This document shows positions 5,539-7,478 of a stretch of 7,478 bases of DNA, piece by piece. A model generated the notes under the pieces. The model was not told the origin of the DNA and searched no databases. It saw only the letters and a list, made by a program, of their open reading frames with translations. How positions within the stretch are numbered: the first letter of the stretch is position 1; every line of letters starts with the position of its first letter. The translations under genes were made by a program, and so were the position numbers. This DNA is from Candidatus Nanopusillus sp. (lineage in GTDB: Archaea; Nanobdellota; Nanobdellia; Nanobdellales; Nanobdellaceae): positions 1 through 7,478 of the forward strand of contig JAWDOO010000014.1 of the NCBI GenBank assembly GCA_046533775.1, written 5' to 3'.

Positions 5539-7478
5539 GGCGGCCAGGGATTTTCGGATCCTGTATAAATTGAAGGCATTACACCATTTGGAGGATATGC
5601 TCTAGCAACAACCCATTCAACATATTGGTATGATTCGGCTCCACCAGTTCCTGCACCAATTTCTAATGTTGGATATTGATAAGGATTATAATTTAAATTA
5701 TAATAAGTATATCCATTATTATTTATATTATATGTATCTAATAATGTTAAAGGAGCCCATTCTTGATTAGAATTATATATATAATATCCAGTTTGAGTAT
5801 AAGATGTATTAATAAACATATATGAATAAACTGTTCCACCAGAAGTTGGGAAAGATGTTTGATTTAATATACTATTTGTTACTGCAGATTTTAGATATGT
5901 TGCTGGACCACCAGGCCAATATTCAAATTGTACAAATGTAGATAAATTAGATGCAGGCGCACAACCTCCATCAGTAGATCCAATACTAGTTAAATATAAT
6001 TGATTATTTGTATTTCCAAATAATGCTATTACATTTTCATCTGCACTTTGAGTGTAATACCAAGCTTCCTCAACAATTAAAGGCATTTCTGGAATATTTC
6101 CATTATTTTGAGGTAAAATATAAGTACCTTCACATCCTTGATTGTTTATCATTTCAATACCATTTGAAGTTATTGTTGGAGAAAAAGATCCAGAATATAT
6201 ATATCCTGTCCAACTATCAAATGTATTATTAAAATATCCATATGCTATAAATGTATAATTTCCATTATCATATCCTGAAATTACTTGAGGAGAAGCACCA
6301 ACATAAGGATAATATTGTGAATAATAATTTGTACTATAATTTCCAATTGCCATATAAATTGTAACATTACCATTAGCAGGAATTCCGTTGGGTATATTTA
6401 TCCACCATACATCACAATATGTATTTCCATAATTTAATTGTCCTTCATACCATGAATAAAATAATTGCCCATTATTTGGATTAAAGAACATTACATTTTG
6501 TCCATTTGGATTTATTTGATTAAATAATGTTGCATTATTTATATATGCAAAATTATTACCAATATTAATTGTTCCATTACATATTGCAATATCTTGTTGG
6601 AAAGGTTCTGGAGTTGGAATATTTTGATTATTATATAATGTTATTGGAACATAATATTGTATTGGTAAATTATTAATTGGTGTACATATTTCATTACCCA
6701 AAGATTCTAAACAAAAATATAAATCATCATTATTATATTGATAATATCCAACAATTTGCTGACCTGGATAAATTAAATAACTATTAGAAGATATATTAAA
6801 AGTATTTCCAAATGATGGTATATTATAATTATCATAATATATCTTATTTAAATTAATTGGACATATATCATTATTAATTATATTTACTGATATAATATTA
6901 TTATTCAATTGAGCATTTGATATATTTAAAAGGTTTACAGAAATTCCATTTAACATTTTTTGAACACTTAGAGATTTTATTTCTCCATTAATACATTCAT
7001 AATTATTTAAATATTGAAAAATCACATTTCCTTCCAAATTATATAAATTATTTAAATAATTATCATTTATAGTAAAAATATTTTGTGGATAAAATATAAC
7101 ATAATATGGTAAATTACCAGTTCCTTCAAATTGATTATTAAAATATGGATTATATACTTCATATCCATTAAATATACAGTATCCAATATTAGAAGAACTT
7201 ATAGAATAATTATTTATTATTTCAAATGCTACAAAATTATTTGCTGCATATGAAGGTAAGAAATTATAAACATCATCTATTATAATTACATGTGTTGAAT
7301 TAAAATAATTTGGGACTTGTATAATATTATATGAACAATTATAATAAACAGTAAATGGGATTAATGTAGATTCATACAAATTTAATATATTTTCAAATAA
7401 ATCATTTCCATATAATAATTTATATATTTCTCCATATTGTGGGAAAGTATTTGAATAAAATTGAAATTCTTTATCTAA
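5535..7478 (-). CDS. Large Asn/Tyr-rich, Lys/Arg-depleted, Cys-containing putative extracellular/surface protein (5' end outside the window)
   Basis: The long minus-strand ORF ends at TAA (complement of 5535-5537). The ORF track starts it at a TTG (7377-7379). I translated the 33 in-frame codons from 7380 to 7478 and found no stop (..LDKEFQFYSNTFPQYGEIYKLLYGNDLFENILN-LYESTL..), so the gene continues beyond the window. By my count the 614 listed residues contain 100 Asn, 72 Tyr, 10 Cys, 4 Lys, 1 Arg and 1 His. Confidence 0.85.
   Translation of the reverse strand, partial: LDKEFQFYSNTFPQYGEIYKLLYGNDLFENILNLYESTLIPFTVYYNCSYNIIQVPNYFNSTHVIIIDDVYNFLPSYAANNFVAFEIINNYSISSSNIGYCIFNGYEVYNPYFNNQFEGTGNLPYYVIFYPQNIFTINDNYLNNLYNLEGNVIFQYLNNYECINGEIKSLSVQKMLNGISVNLLNISNAQLNNNIISVNIINNDICPINLNKIYYDNYNIPSFGNTFNISSNSYLIYPGQQIVGYYQYNNDDLYFCLESLGNEICTPINNLPIQYYVPITLYNNQNIPTPEPFQQDIAICNGTINIGNNFAYINNATLFNQINPNGQNVMFFNPNNGQLFYSWYEGQLNYGNTYCDVWWINIPNGIPANGNVTIYMAIGNYSTNYYSQYYPYVGASPQVISGYDNGNYTFIAYGYFNNTFDSWTGYIYSGSFSPTITSNGIEMINNQGCEGTYILPQNNGNIPEMPLIVEEAWYYTQSADENVIALFGNTNNQLYLTSIGSTDGGCAPASNLSTFVQFEYWPGGPATYLKSAVTNSILNQTSFPTSGGTVYSYMFINTSYTQTGYYIYNSNQEWAPLTLLDTYNINNNGYTYYNLNYNPYQYPTLEIGAGTGGAESYQYVEWVVARAYPPNGVMPSIYTGSENPWPP
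5580..6659 (-). other. DUF2341-like plus ConA/LamG-like beta-sandwich region of the large protein (residues ~241-600 of the listed ORF)
   Basis: Four stretches match the DUF2341 consensus as I recall it. They are YYVPITLYNNQNIPTPEPFQQDIAI (cf. yr.pItI.n......l.nfqv.i.l), NGQNVMFFNPNNGQLFYSWYEG (cf. dg.DiRF.d.dg..L.ywiE), CDVWWINIPNGIPANGNVTIYMAIGN (cf. a.vWVkvp.i.a.g..tIymYYGN) and the terminal YVEWVVARAYPPNGVMPS (cf. vDwvrvRky..peP). Not verified by any search. Confidence 0.5.

Noticed and set aside
503-5561. Apparent over-representation of GC-containing palindromes: GGATCC at 503, 3391, 5329 and 5556; CCTGCAGG at 2464 and 3440, within a shared 11-mer atcctgcagga at 2462-2472 and 3438-3448
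   Set aside because: These sites are far above a mononucleotide-composition expectation. All of them lie in coding sequence and derive from the same preferred codons: Asp-Pro or Gly-Ser for GGATCC, and Pro-Ala-Gly as CCT GCA GGA for CCTGCAGG. Codon bias on recurrent di- and tripeptides explains them without a repeat element or restriction-modification signal.
6008-6232. 74-aa plus-strand ORF inside the large minus-strand gene
   Set aside because: It is a shadow ORF opposite a 1.9-kb open frame and shows no motif or start context of its own.
5535-7379. Enrichment of N-x-S/T glycosylation sequons in the large protein (I count 14)
   Set aside because: With 100 Asn and about 12% Ser+Thr, roughly that many sequons are expected by chance. 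The count alone is not evidence of glycosylation. Glycosylation remains plausible but is unsupported by enrichment.
5535-7478. Calling the large protein a thermopsin-family (A5) peptidase or an S-layer protein
   Set aside because: The Asn/Tyr-rich, basic-residue-poor composition recalls thermopsin-like secreted proteins of acidophilic archaea. I could not line up any specific thermopsin motif, and composition alone is not homology. There is also no basis for a specific S-layer assignment.
1-7478. tRNA, rRNA, C/D-box sRNA, CRISPR array, IS element or integrase
   Set aside because: In DNA this AT-rich, structured RNA genes should stand out as G+C-rich islands outside ORFs. The only non-coding stretch longer than 10 nt is the 61-nt AT-rich spacer at 4563-4623. 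I saw no spaced direct repeats, no inverted terminal repeats and no transposase-like ORF. This was an inspection by eye, not a covariance-model scan.

Overview
This is 7.5 kb of extremely AT-rich archaeal chromosome (roughly one quarter G+C by eye, not computed) with almost no intergenic space.

Plus strand, in order:
- the last 12 codons of an unidentified gene
- archaeal-type pheT and pheS, overlapping by 11 nt
- a Pol-beta-type minimal nucleotidyltransferase with a helical C-terminal domain
- the KEOPS kinase Bud32
- a 61-nt spacer, the only real intergenic gap
- a 60-aa zinc-ribbon protein
- a divergent RNase P Rpp30-like protein

Minus strand: a large convergent gene, open for at least 647 codons and running off the right edge. 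It encodes an Asn/Tyr-rich, almost Lys/Arg-free, 10-Cys protein that is presumably extracellular. Its C-terminal half resembles a DUF2341 plus ConA/LamG-like module.

I see no rRNA, tRNA, CRISPR array, transposase or integrase. The plus-strand block is housekeeping and themed around tRNA: aminoacylation, t6A modification and 5' processing.

The items most worth follow-up are the large surface-type protein, the unassigned nucleotidyltransferase packed 1 nt upstream of bud32, and the zinc-ribbon/Rpp30-like pair. I found no convincing defence or mobile system. All family assignments rest on motif recognition from memory and need HMM or structure confirmation. The taxon guess, a small-genome AT-rich archaeon that may be DPANN/Nanoarchaeota-like and acidophilic, is inference only.
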